Positions 20,671 to 30,520 are shown, counted from the stretch's first letter. The stretch is 64,000 nt of DNA from Rhodothermales bacterium (GCA_958296045.1 CATQHT010000003.1:2666814-2730813); one strand, 5' to 3'. Notes: generated by a model not told the origin, from the letters alone. Program-made: numbers and translations.

Positions 20671-21930
20671 ATGCCAGACCGGATGCGCAGGGTGGTCGTT
20701 ACGGGTATGGGGGCGCTCACGCCCCTCGGGAACACGCCAGACGCGTTCTGGGAGGGCATGATGCGCGGCGAGAGTGGTGCGGCACCCATCACGTATTTTG
20801 ATGCCAGTGCCTATTCCACCAAGTTCGCCTGTGAGCTGCGGGGATATGATCCGCTAGCCCACTTTAACCGCAAGGACGCGCGGAAGCTGGATCCGTTTGC
20901 GCAGTATGCACTGGTGGCGGTCGAACAGGCGCTCGAGGATGCCGCGATGGATCCGGGCTCGATGCCGCAGGCAGCCCGGGATCGCGTAGGCGTAATCTTC
21001 GGCAGCGGTGTTGGCGGCATCCAGGCGTTTAACCGGGAAGCCAACAAGCTTCGGGATTACGGTCCCCGGCGCCTGTCGCCCTTCTTTATCCCGATGCTCA
21101 TTCCCGACATCATCAGCGGGCATATATCTATCCGTCACGGATTTCGGGGACCCAACTACTGTCTTGTCTCGGCGTGTGCCACCGGCAGCAACAACATTGG
21201 TGACGCGTTGATGCTAATTCAGCGCGGCACCATTGATGTAGCCATCTGTGGGGGTTCGGAGGCCGCGGTGTCGGAGATGGGCATTGGCGGGTTCAATGCG
21301 ATGCGTGCGCTTTCGACCCGCAATGATGATCCTCAGGGAGCCAGTCGTCCGTTTGACAAGACGCGCGACGGGTTTGTGCTAGGAGAGGGCGCAGGTGTGC
21401 TGGTGCTGGAGTCGTTGGAGCATGCCCAGGCTCGCGGTGCGCGTATCTACGCGGAGGTGTTGGGCATCGGCATGAGTGCGGACGCGAATCACATCACGGC
21501 GCCCGATCCTTCTGGTGAGGGTGCTGCTTTGGCCATGCGCAATCTTCTCGAAGACGCGCAGCTCACAGCGGAGGACGTGGATTATCTCAATATGCATGGC
21601 ACATCCACGTTGCGGGGCGACATTGCCGAGACCCGAGCTGTGAAGCAGGTATTCGGGGAGCATGCATACCGGATGAATGTGTCTTCTACGAAGAGCATGA
21701 CGGGTCATCTGTTGGGCGCGGCCGGTGCGGTTGAGGCGATTGCCGCGATATTGGCTATCCTGCACAACCGGGTACCGCCCACAATAAATTTCCAGACTCC
21801 AGATCCAGATTGCGACTTGAACTATACATTCAACGTTCCCCAGGAGCGCACGGTGGATGTGGCGGTATCGAATGCTTTCGGGTTTGGCGGCCACAACACG
21901 TCTTTGGGCTTCCGCACCTTTGACGCGTAG
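20671..21930 (+). CDS. fabF: beta-ketoacyl-ACP synthase II
   Basis: Active-site Cys in VSACATGSN, plus HGTSTLRGD, GHLLGAAG and NAFGFGGHN. Lies directly downstream of acpP. Confidence 0.95.
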   Translation: MPDRMRRVVVTGMGALTPLGNTPDAFWEGMMRGESGAAPITYFDASAYSTKFACELRGYDPLAHFNRKDARKLDPFAQYALVAVEQALEDAAMDPGSMPQAARDRVGVIFGSGVGGIQAFNREANKLRDYGPRRLSPFFIPMLIPDIISGHISIRHGFRGPNYCLVSACATGSNNIGDALMLIQRGTIDVAICGGSEAAVSEMGIGGFNAMRALSTRNDDPQGASRPFDKTRDGFVLGEGAGVLVLESLEHAQARGARIYAEVLGIGMSADANHITAPDPSGEGAALAMRNLLEDAQLTAEDVDYLNMHGTSTLRGDIAETRAVKQVFGEHAYRMNVSSTKSMTGHLLGAAGAVEAIAAILAILHNRVPPTINFQTPDPDCDLNYTFNVPQERTVDVAVSNAFGFGGHNTSLGFRTFDA

Positions 21931-22521
21931 GTCATCGGCGCGTCGCGCGTCGCGGGGGCGGACCGTGGGCTACCGGTTGAGGCCCATGCGGTCGGCAATA
22001 GGGAGAGGTAGCTCCCTATTGGACGAAAACTCCGTGACAGCACGAGGATGACCTTCGTGCTGACGTTGGTTCGAATATGCTGTAGTGCTTGACTCATGAT
22101 GTTGAGGCGTTGGGATTGGATTATCTGACCCTGTGAATTTGTATCTGATCGGTCGGATCACGGAAACGTATAACCCCCGGTGCCATTGTTAACGGCAACT
22201 TCCGCATGCTGATGAACGGCGTGGGATGGAGCAGCGCGCCTTCTTTGCAGACTCGGACAATGGCGCCACTCCCAATAGGCTTTGGCGCTCCAGCTCATAT
22301 GGTGCGGCTTATCACTCGGGCCATAAGTCCGATCCGCGTTAAGCCCTTTGGGACGGGATGATCCTTAGCTACGAGTATCCGGCCCGGGGTGCCACCTTTC
22401 GTATCGGGAAGGCCAGAGCTAGGTGCAATGTAGACCAGCACCAGCGAACGCTCAGCCGTTCGGGTCTCCGTCAGTGGCGGCCATGCGCGCACCAAGGATT
22501 CACCTTACATATGACGCAACT

Positions 22522-23243
22522 ATGGTGAGAATCGAAGCCAGCACATCCACGCTTATCGCCGTGTTCATGATCGCGGCTGCATGCTCTTCTGCTGCATTCG
22601 CGTACGGCCAAGATGCGGCCCAATGGGACGTGACCGCGCCGCTTGGCCCGGTAAAGACTGTGGAATTCTCGACCAGCGAAGGCACATGGATGAACCTCGA
22701 TGTCAGCCCGGAAGGGACTGAAATTGTCTTTGACCTCCTCGGAGACCTGTACGTGCTCCCCATCGAAGGTGGCCAAGCGCGGCTGCTATTGGGAGGTCCC
22801 GCCTTCGACATCCAGCCCCGCTACAGTCCCGACGGCAAGCACATCGCCTTCACCAGCGACCGTGCCGGCGGCGATAACCTTTGGATCGTCAGCCGGGACG
22901 GTACCGACACCACGCAGGTGACCAAAGAGGCTTTTCGCCTGGTCAACGGGCCCGCTTGGACACCGGATGGCAAGTACCTCCTGGGCCGCAAGCACTTCAC
23001 CAGTACCCGCTCTTTGGGGGCTGGCGAGGTATGGATGTATCACATCTCTGGGGGCGCCGGGCTGCAGCTGACCAAGAAGAAGAATTCGCAGCAAGACCAG
23101 GGCAATGAGATTGCGCTCAGTCCCGATGGTCGCTACGTATACTTCAGCGAAGACATCAGTGGCGGTAGCACCTTTCAGTACAACAAGGATCCGCACGGCC
23201 GCATCTATGCCATTCAGCGGTTGGATCGAGTTACAGGCAAGGT
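22522..23243 (+). pseudogene. TolB-like propeller/amidohydrolase gene, segment 1 of 3 (cut by an IS)
   Basis: The signal peptide MVRIEASTSTLIAVFMIAAACSSAAFA is followed by PD40/TolB-like repeats (YSPDGKHIAFTSDRAGGDNLWIV, WTPDGKYLLG). The reading frame runs into the IS inverted repeat at 23244. Confidence 0.8.
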
Positions 23244-23281
23244 CTGCCCTTTACCCATATCGCGACCTAGTCTGACGACTT

Positions 23282-23864
23282 CGATGGCGCCAAAGGGCCC
23301 CCCGCCGCTATCAAGGAGGTCTTCGGCGGCTTCGTGCAGGTGCAGCGCTGCTGTTGGCACAAGCGGGAAAACGTCGTGGCCCACATGAGCAAAGAAGATA
23401 AGCTCGTATATCGGGCGCGCCTGCAGAAAGCCTATCACATTCCAGACTACAGAGACGCGAAGGCGGAAGTCCTATCGATCAAGGACGACCTGGAAGCCTC
23501 CAACCAACTCAAGGCCATGAAGAGTCTGGAGGAAGGCATGGAGGACACGCTCACGATCCAAAGGCTCGCAATAGCCAAAGAGCTCGGCCAAAGCCTGCGC
23601 ACCACCAACTGTATGGAGAATCTCAATAGTACCCTCGGCAGATTGACGCGCAATGTTTGCAGTTGGAACAACTCGGCACAGGTCCACTGCTGGATGGCGC
23701 TGGCTCTCATGTATGCAGAACCCAAACTGAAAACCATCCCCAATCACCAACACCTGCTCAAGCTCCGAAAGGCGCTTATGAAGGTCAGGGCCCGACTGCC
23801 AAACCCCAAAATCCCCTTCTCCCCCCAGCGGGTGCCTTGGACCTATCTTCAGGCCCAGCAATAG
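23282..23864 (+). pseudogene. IS256 (Mutator) family transposase, C-terminal half only
   Basis: DGAKGPPAAIKEVFGGFVQVQRCCWHKRENVVAHMSKEDK...LRTTNCMENLNSTLGRLTR matches the IS256 pattern DGxxGLxxAI...QRCxxHKxRN...TTNxxExLN. The N-terminal half is absent. Confidence 0.75.
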
Positions 23865-24055
23865 TGCTCAGTTCGCGGCGATGAGTGATCATGCGGAGCA
23901 CCCTTGCTGACTTTTTGCACTTCGCCGCTCGTAAGGTTTCGACATGCCGTCACTCAATGTGCGTTCAGACTTGCATTAGAGGTATCCACTGCTTACGATG
24001 CCAGTGCTGCTCCGTGGTGGCGTGCCTCTGGCTCGTGCGTCGATGCGCGACAGGG

Positions 24056-26368
24056 TCAAGAAAGTATGCTGCTCCCATGGCCATAGTCGCAACCAAGCCC
24101 TTCTCGATACGCTGCCGGCAGTATTTCGTACCCAAAGCAAATGGTGGATAGTCGCTCTAATCCGCGCCACATGATCTGAAAGCCGGGCGGTCCATCGCGA
24201 GTTCGATTCTGATAGCCGCCCATTACTGCTACTAGCAGAAGCGCCGCTTCCAGGGTGCGGGGTACCGGCAGCTTCACGTTCTTAGCATAAAAGGAGAGAG
24301 CAATCAACTGCATCGGGGAGAATATCAGCTCGGCATCTAATCCAGGGACGGCACGCCCCAGTAAGGTGAGCATCATGACATAGCAGGCGATCACGCAGTA
24401 CACCGCCAACCCACGTTCCAGGCGCGCTGCCGAACGCATCGCCATGCGTTCCACCTTACAGCCACTCTTGAGCACACGGAAAAAGTCTTCAACACGCCAT
24501 CGCCGGGTATAATAAGTCAGGATCTGCACCGCTTCTTCTGCGCTGTGCACCGCCATACTGGTCAGCAGATACCATTCCACCGCCTTCTCTCCCTTCGGGG
24601 GCGCGATCTCCCGGACATGCACGCCGTACATCGCTACGGATCCCCCTTGCCGCTGCGTGGCGGGCAGCTGTACGCAATGGTAGCGTACCTCGGCTCGGGC
24701 AATACGGTGACTACGTCCGTGGCGCACCTTCTTCCTGGAAGACTTCGGACGCGCCGTGACCCGTTGGATCTCTATCCGCACCTTCGCTGCGGCAGGACCG
24801 CTGCGAAGCGTCGCAAACAGCTTTTTATTCTTCGCCAGTCTCCGGTCATGACGGGCGCGGACCAGGAGTTCCACGCGATCCTGTGCCCGCTGGGCGGCAA
24901 ATAGCGCAAAGTTATCCGCCTCCCGGTCCATCACGCAGATGAGGCGACACTGCTTGGGAATCTCCTCTGCTGCTTCGCAGATGTCCAGAAATCCGTCTAA
25001 CCACTGCTGCGATCGAGGTTTGAGCGGTCCCGTATCTGGATCCCGATAACTACAACGTAATATCCCCAGGGGCAGGCCATCGGTAGTAGTAACCAGCGTG
25101 GCATGAAGGGGCATCCCACGGGATTTTGCTTTCGTCTGGTTGGTACCTATGACCTGCAAGTCTTCACAGGCGGGTCGCGTGCTGAAATTCAGCTTGGTGG
25201 TATCCTGTATGCAGAGTACCGCCTTCTGACTCCGTATCCGCTCAATCGTACGTTTGCGATGCGGCGCCAGCATGTTTTCGGGTGTTACGTCGGTCTGCTT
25301 GCTGCTCAGAAGCCGGTAATGGGCCTTCACCGCCGCCCTATCATGGCTTATATGGGAGCATATAGGCTTTCCTATCACATCGGCCAACAACGATGCGCTC
25401 TTCACCAGCCGCGTGGACAGCCGCCTGTCTCCCAGCGGAGCATCTCCGAACTCTGCCTCAACCCAGTCGTCCATGCCTTCGTGCGGTTGCCTGACCGGAC
25501 GCAGCGCCACCTCGGGTACGCCCAAGTACGAGCGCCACCGGCGGTCCACTTCGTACATGAACAAGGCCTTCGGCGCTTCTTCTTTGGAATGTGCGTGGCG
25601 CTTGCCCCCAGCAGTATAGCCGATGGACAGAAAATTGGCCGCCTTCAAGCACGTACCTTTCCATGGAGGTTCCACATACGTTTCTATCAACCAGGGGTGG
25701 TATCCATAAAGCGCATAACAGTCGTCAGATAACTGCTTCAACACCCTGCCGAGTACGTGACTGGCCAGGTATTTGCAAGTGCCGCGTATCAGAAAGCGGC
25801 TCAAACAGAAGATGCGGTGGAGGTGCGCTTGGCGTTGGGCATCGCTCCATGCCATGAAGTGTTCCCTTGCGGCCAAGCGCAAGGCCGGGGCGGAAAAACC
25901 TACCGCGCCCAGATATCCATGCGCGCTCACTACCAGGTACCGCAGCTGGGCACCAACAAGGGTGGTCGTACCACGAGGATGCTCATGGTGCAGCAGGGTA
26001 TTCCACACCGCACGCTGTGCTGCGGTCCGAACTCTTACTACTGCAAGACCTTCCACCTCACCCAAAGTCGCGGGCATCGCCACCGGTGGAGCAACCGCCT
26101 CGTCCAACAGGCGGGGCGACGCCTGCGCAGCATGATTGTTGAGCGGTGCTGGCAGTGTGATCTCACCCCGTGCCTCCAGCTTCAAGAGGGCTTTCGCGCA
26201 GGTAGCTACCTGTGCCCTGCCTTTGGCATCTACAAATCCAAAGTCCTCACATACACGGCGCGCAATCGCGGTGCGATTGGGAAGGCTCTCGTCAGAAAGC
26301 CTCTTCTTCAAGCGAATGCGCCCCCGGGGAGCACTGAGAGTCCGCAAAACCTGATTCTGCTCGAACAT
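24056..26368 (-). CDS. fusion transposase: N-terminal DUF4338 (DruA-like) domain + Tn5/IS4-type DDE transposase
   Basis: 770-aa intact ORF. The N-terminal part GAQLRYLVVSAHGYLGAVGFSAPALRLAAREHFMAWSDAQR...CLSRFLIR...GYHPWLIETYVEPPWKGTCLKAANFLSIGYTAGGKR fits my memory of the DUF4338 pattern. The C-terminal part has Tn5-like DDE regions (LCIQDTTKLNF, ICVMDREADNF, YYTRRWRVEDFFRVLKSGCKVE). Confidence 0.8.
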   Translation of the reverse strand: MFEQNQVLRTLSAPRGRIRLKKRLSDESLPNRTAIARRVCEDFGFVDAKGRAQVATCAKALLKLEARGEITLPAPLNNHAAQASPRLLDEAVAPPVAMPATLGEVEGLAVVRVRTAAQRAVWNTLLHHEHPRGTTTLVGAQLRYLVVSAHGYLGAVGFSAPALRLAAREHFMAWSDAQRQAHLHRIFCLSRFLIRGTCKYLASHVLGRVLKQLSDDCYALYGYHPWLIETYVEPPWKGTCLKAANFLSIGYTAGGKRHAHSKEEAPKALFMYEVDRRWRSYLGVPEVALRPVRQPHEGMDDWVEAEFGDAPLGDRRLSTRLVKSASLLADVIGKPICSHISHDRAAVKAHYRLLSSKQTDVTPENMLAPHRKRTIERIRSQKAVLCIQDTTKLNFSTRPACEDLQVIGTNQTKAKSRGMPLHATLVTTTDGLPLGILRCSYRDPDTGPLKPRSQQWLDGFLDICEAAEEIPKQCRLICVMDREADNFALFAAQRAQDRVELLVRARHDRRLAKNKKLFATLRSGPAAAKVRIEIQRVTARPKSSRKKVRHGRSHRIARAEVRYHCVQLPATQRQGGSVAMYGVHVREIAPPKGEKAVEWYLLTSMAVHSAEEAVQILTYYTRRWRVEDFFRVLKSGCKVERMAMRSAARLERGLAVYCVIACYVMMLTLLGRAVPGLDAELIFSPMQLIALSFYAKNVKLPVPRTLEAALLLVAVMGGYQNRTRDGPPGFQIMWRGLERLSTICFGYEILPAAYREGLGCDYGHGSSILS

Positions 26369-26520
26369 GCTGCTATAGTAAGCAACACGACTTACAATGT
26401 CAAGTGGTCCCTATGGGCCGGGGGCAGACCTGAGCACTATTGCTGGGCCTGAAGAGAGGTCCAATGCACCCGCAGAGTCGTCAGACTAGGTCGCGATATG
26501 GGTAAAGGGCAGGGCAAGGT

Positions 26521-27091
26521 TGTGACATTGGTTAGCGGGGCTGGCGGGGCTGCGCGCCCTGAGCCCTCGCCCGACGGTCGCCACCTCGCCTTTGTGAGAC
26601 GGGTGCGATCCAAGAGTGTACTGTACCTGTACGACATGGCCAGTGGTGCCCAGCGGCCGCTATGGGACGGGTTAAGCCACGATCAGCAGGAGGCCTGGGC
26701 TATCTTTGGCGTTTATCCTGGCTTTGACTGGACGCCGGATGGAAAGCACATCATCTTGTGGGCCGAGGGCAAAATTTGGCGCGTGGCAATCACTCACGGC
26801 CAAGTGGCCGAAGTGCCCTTTACGGCGCCGGTCAAGCAAGAGGTGCACGAAACGTTGCGCTTCCGGCAGGAGGTCTTCGGCACCTCTTTCGACGTTCGCA
26901 TGATTCGCGATGCAGTCACCTCGCCCGATGGTGGCACGCTGGTGTTTGCGGCGCTGGGCACCCTGTGGAAAAAGACGCTGCCCAGCGGAGAGCCTCAGCG
27001 CCTGACAGACGACGATGTGCACGAGCACGAACCCGCATTTAGCCCCGATGGTAAAGTTGTGGTGTACACCATGTGGAGTGACTCGACGTTG
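26521..27091 (+). pseudogene. TolB-like propeller/amidohydrolase gene, segment 2 of 3
   Basis: The frame continues exactly across the IS once one target-duplication copy is removed (..RVTGKV|VTLVSGAGGAARPEPSPDGRHLAF..). It ends at codon ..WSDSTL immediately before the intron GTGCG. Confidence 0.8.
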
Positions 27092-27797
27092 GTGCGCCAG
27101 GCTAACTGGTGCCAGTACAGGGAGTGAAAGTCTCCCGATGTGAAGGACTAACCATCCACGCATCTCCTCGAGCCGTGCGTCGGTACCCGCGAGGGTGCAG
27201 GCGAAGCGTCGGTAGAGGTGCGGGTGGGCAGGGCTAATGAGCACCGAAAATGTCATCGTCCGGGACGCCGAGGGTTTCTTCGTGGTCGAAGGCAACACCT
27301 TCTTTGCCGTTAATGGTGAGGCGGAGGAGGGTCCCGCGGTGTCCAAGAACCCAGGCACGCACGTACGTACTGCATCGGGACCTGGGAGGTCTCTCCACTA
27401 CCCATCCCTTCGGGGAGGGTCGCCAAAGCGTAGGCTAAATGCCGATCGGAGGATGTACGGTGGAGAGAAGTCAGATGCGACCATAGTAGCTATGAAGCCA
27501 GCGAACAACGCGTGGATGACCACGGGGCGGAGCCGGTGGAGCCAAGGGTCGCACCCAAGGGGAAAGCGGGAAGCTGGATTCATGCCGGACTCTGGGCTGG
27601 ATTACGTGGATCTGTCCAAGAGCTGTGGACTCAGTGCCACAGTCGGGGCGCAGGTGTACCGCTTACGGCTGGAGGTGGGGTTTCCCCACTTCCTAACGTC
27701 ATGCGCGGGAGCGCGACCTGCGGGAAGAGCCGTGTGCGTTAACGCGCACGCACGGATCTGTGCGGGGCCCCAGGGGAAACCCTGGGGCTACCGCGAT
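27092..27797 (+). mobile_element. group II intron, ORF-less (intron-encoded protein deleted)
   Basis: 5' GUGCGCC. Domain V is at 27727-27758 (GAGCCGUGUGCGUUAACGCGCACGCACGGAUC, with the AGC triad and AC bulge). Domain VI is GCCCCAGGG-GAAA-CCCUGGGGC with an unpaired A at 27790, 7 nt before the 3' end ..AU. Removal leaves the exons in frame. Confidence 0.8.
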
Positions 27798-29729
27798 GGC
27801 GCCATCTGCCGAGTTCCGCTGGTAGGCGGTCGCTGTGAGCAGCTGACCACGCGTCCTGGGCACTACTTCACTCCTCGGTTCAGCCCAGACGGGTCCAAAA
27901 TCGTGTACCAGCGCGGCACCGGCAATGCGCTGCGCGGCACCCTACACGGGACAGATCCCGGCCTATACTGGATGGCATCTGATGGCAGCGCGCCGCACCT
28001 GATCACCGAATCTGGTGCCGATCCGCGCTTCGATGCCACAGGGGAGCGCATATACTTTATGGCGGGCGGTGGCCTTGAAAAGGAGTACCGCAGCATCAGC
28101 CTGCACGGCGCCGAGCCACGGGTGCACTTTACGCTGAAGTATCCGGCCGAGGTGGTGCCAAGCCCTGACGGCACGCTGGTGGCTTTCACGGAGCTATTCA
28201 ACGCGTACGTTGCGGCCTTTCCGGCAACAGGCGGCCCGGTGGCGCTGGCGAAGGATACCAAGGCGATACCGGTCCACCAGGTCAGCCGAGATGCTGGGAC
28301 GAGTATTCACTGGACTGAGCGCGGATTGCACTGGGTGCTGGGTCCACGATACTTCACCCATGATGTGCGCGGCGGATTCCCGGTTAGCGGTGCCGACAGC
28401 ACCGGGGTGCCGATAGGGCTGGTGGCCGCGTCGGATAGGGTGACTGGAGCCGTGGCGTTTACGGGTGCACAGGTCGTCACTATGCGAGGTGACGAGGTGC
28501 TACAGGATGCGACCGTAGTGGTAGAGGGCTCTCGTATCATTGCGATAGGCGCCGACGTCTCTATCCCCGAAGGCGCCTTGGTGATCGATGCTGCGGGCCA
28601 GACCATTCTCCCGGGCATCATTGATGCACATGCGCATGCCAGCCACTTCGTCAGCGGTCCATTGCCCCAGGAGAACTGGGCTTATTTGGCCAACTTGGCC
28701 TATGGCGTCACTACGGCGCATGACCCGAGTGCCAGCACCGCTACGGTCTTCACGCAGAGCGAGATGGTACGGGCCGGGTTGTTGACGGGGCCGCGCATCT
28801 TTTCGACGGGGACGATCCTTTACGGGGCAGACGGTGACTTCAAGGCGGTGGTCAACAGCTTAGACGATGCTCGGAGCCACCTTCGTCGGATGCAGGCGGT
28901 AGGTGCCTTCTCCGTCAAGAGTTACAACCAGCCGCGCCGCAACCAGCGGCAGCAGATCGTGCAGGCGGCCAGGGAGTTGAAGATGAACGTGGTGCCGGAA
29001 GGGGGATCTACCTTTTTCCACAACATCACCATGATCCTGGACGGCCATACGGGAATCGAGCACAACCTGCCGGTGGCGCCACTGTACCAGGATGTGCTGC
29101 GGCTGTGGGCTGCCACCGAGGTCGGGTACACGCCGACCTTGGTGGTCAGCTACGGTGGATTGTCTGGAGAGTTCTTCTGGTACCAGCGGGACAACGTGTG
29201 GGAAGATGAGCGCCTTCTGACCTTCGTTCCGCGCGGCATCGTGGATGCTCGCAGCCGGCGGCGCCTGATGGCGGATGCGGACGACTATTTCTATCTGGAA
29301 GTTGCGCGGCAGACGAAGAAGCTGGTCGATCAGGGAAACATCGTGCAGGTCGGGGCGCACGGCCAGATGCAGGGCATCGCGGCGCACTGGGAATTATGGA
29401 TGTTGCACCAGGGCGGCATGACCTCGCACGAAGCGCTGCGCAGCGCGACGCTGCATGGTGCCCAATACCTGGGGTTGGATCATGAGCTGGGCTCACTGGA
29501 GCCGGGAAAGCTCGCCGACCTGATGGTTATTGACGGGGACCCATTGACAGACCTTTACCAGTCTGTCAATGTGGCGCAGGTCATGGTCAACGGGCGTCTG
29601 TACGATGCGCGCACCATGGATCAGATCGGCAACCATCCCGCGCCGCGAGGCTCGCTGTACTGGGAACGGCATGAGGTGAGCGAAGAGCTGCTCGATCACG
29701 GCCCGGCGTGTGTGTGCGGCCGCCACTAG
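27798..29729 (+). pseudogene. TolB-like propeller/amidohydrolase gene, segment 3 of 3 (amidohydrolase domain)
   Basis: GAICRVPLVGG...FSPDGSKIVYQRG, then the metal-dependent hydrolase motifs PGIIDAHAHASH, GSTFFHNITMILDGHTGIEH, GAHGQMQG and KLADLMVIDGDPL. The 830-aa ORF in the track begins inside the intron. Confidence 0.85.
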
Positions 29730-29793
29730 GTTGGTACACGTCCCTCATATAGCCGCATGCTGGAGGACCATCAAGCAGCGCCCGACGCTAGAT

Positions 29794-30089
29794 GCCTGCG
29801 CTTTGTCTGCTCTATTGGCGACAGTGCTGTTCCGGTGCGACGCGTCGGAGTCTGAGGCGCAGCGCTTGCAGGCTGTTATGGCTCGGCGGTGTGCATCGTG
29901 GGTGGGGATGATCCCGGTGGTGCCGCAGACCAGAGCCTCAGGCGGGTGAACCCGGAGCCGGCGGAGCCAGCGGGCGGCGAGTACAGCGGTCGCGGCGGCA
30001 ATGGCCGTACAGGTTCAGCGCTGCACGCGTGATTTCAAAATGGTATACCTCGGCGACCGGGTCCTGGATGCGCGGATCACAGAATTCAA
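29794..30089. repeat. diverged duplicate of the fur 3' end and its downstream flank (copy A; contains a 3' fur pseudogene fragment at 29938-30089, minus strand)
   Basis: Aligns with 33077-33381. It encodes EFCDPRIQDPVAEVYHFEITRAALNLYGHCRRDRCTRRPLAPPAPGSPA, matching the C-terminus of the intact Fur-family gene. Confidence 0.85.
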
Positions 30090-30520
30090 CCGGCCTTCGC
30101 CGCAGCCGTTGACCGTGCCTTCTTTTCCCGTTAACGAGATTGAACAGGAGCTTAACTTGCTGATCGGTAACCATGCTGAATGCATGTTGACAGGTGAACA
30201 ATCCTGCCCGTAGATACGCATCTCACCGATTCCTTCCCCCGCAATTCTAGTTGTCGCCAACCGCAATTCTAATTGTCGCTGAACATACTTGCCGTGGCTG
30301 TGGAATTTACGGACGTACTCATCCTTCTGGCTAGCGTCCGACCGGTAGACGCTGGACTGACCGAGGACCAAAATTATGAAATGGATGTGCGTGAGGGCTG
30401 TATTGATTGCCACGGTCACACAGCGCCGCTACCCTGTTACCGCGCCTTCTGTAGGGATAGGGGAACGGAGTGCTCAAGGTGGGCAGGTGCCTGTTTCACT
30501 ATGGACCCGAATGACCCAGA
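30090..30520 (+). pseudogene. TnpB (IS200/IS605 OrfB) 3' fragment, multiply frameshifted
   Basis: Across frames it reads ..VDTHLTDSFPRNSSCRQ, then PRNSNCR and TCRGCG (zinc-finger CxxC). A 22-bp tandem duplication CCGCAATTCTAGTTGTCGCCAA/CCGCAATTCTAATTGTCGCTGA is present. The 24-mer CGCAATTCTAATTGTCGCTGAACA recurs inverted at about 37873-37897 inside the other tnpB remnant. Confidence 0.55.

Larger units (their letters stand above)
23244..26512 (-). mobile_element. IS4-superfamily insertion sequence with long terminal inverted repeats, carrying an IS256-fragment insert in its left IR
   Basis: An 8-bp direct repeat GGCAAGGT flanks the element (23236-23243 and 26513-26520). The outer 37 bp match perfectly as inverted repeats (23244-23280 vs 26476-26512). 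The next 46 bp match with 3 mismatches (23826-23871 vs 26430-26475). The right end is one contiguous 83 bp; the left end is split by 545 bp. Confidence 0.85.

Noticed and set aside
21931-22521. A 590-bp gap after fabF containing several hairpins (e.g. CAATAGGGA-N8-TCCCTATTG at about 21996-22021). I checked it for RNase P, tmRNA, SRP or 6S RNA and for the usual rnc gene.
   Set aside because: I saw none of the conserved cores (GAGGAAAGUCC for RNase P, the SRP GGAA motif context, a tmRNA tag ORF) and no RNase III ORF. The hairpins lack U-tracts. The region is left unannotated.
23244-23388. C-terminal tail of ORF 22423-23388 (..CPLPISRPSLTTSMAPKGPPPLSRRSSAASCRCSAAVGTSGKTSWPT), and the N-terminal residues MGKGQ of ORF 26498-27127.
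   Set aside because: These are read-through of the host frame into the IS terminal inverted repeats, not part of the native protein.
27237-27797. N-terminal 187 codons of the 830-aa ORF (27237-29729), which would give the amidohydrolase domain its own start.
   Set aside because: This part lies entirely within the group II intron (domains I-VI) and has no protein-like features. The real exon begins at 27798.
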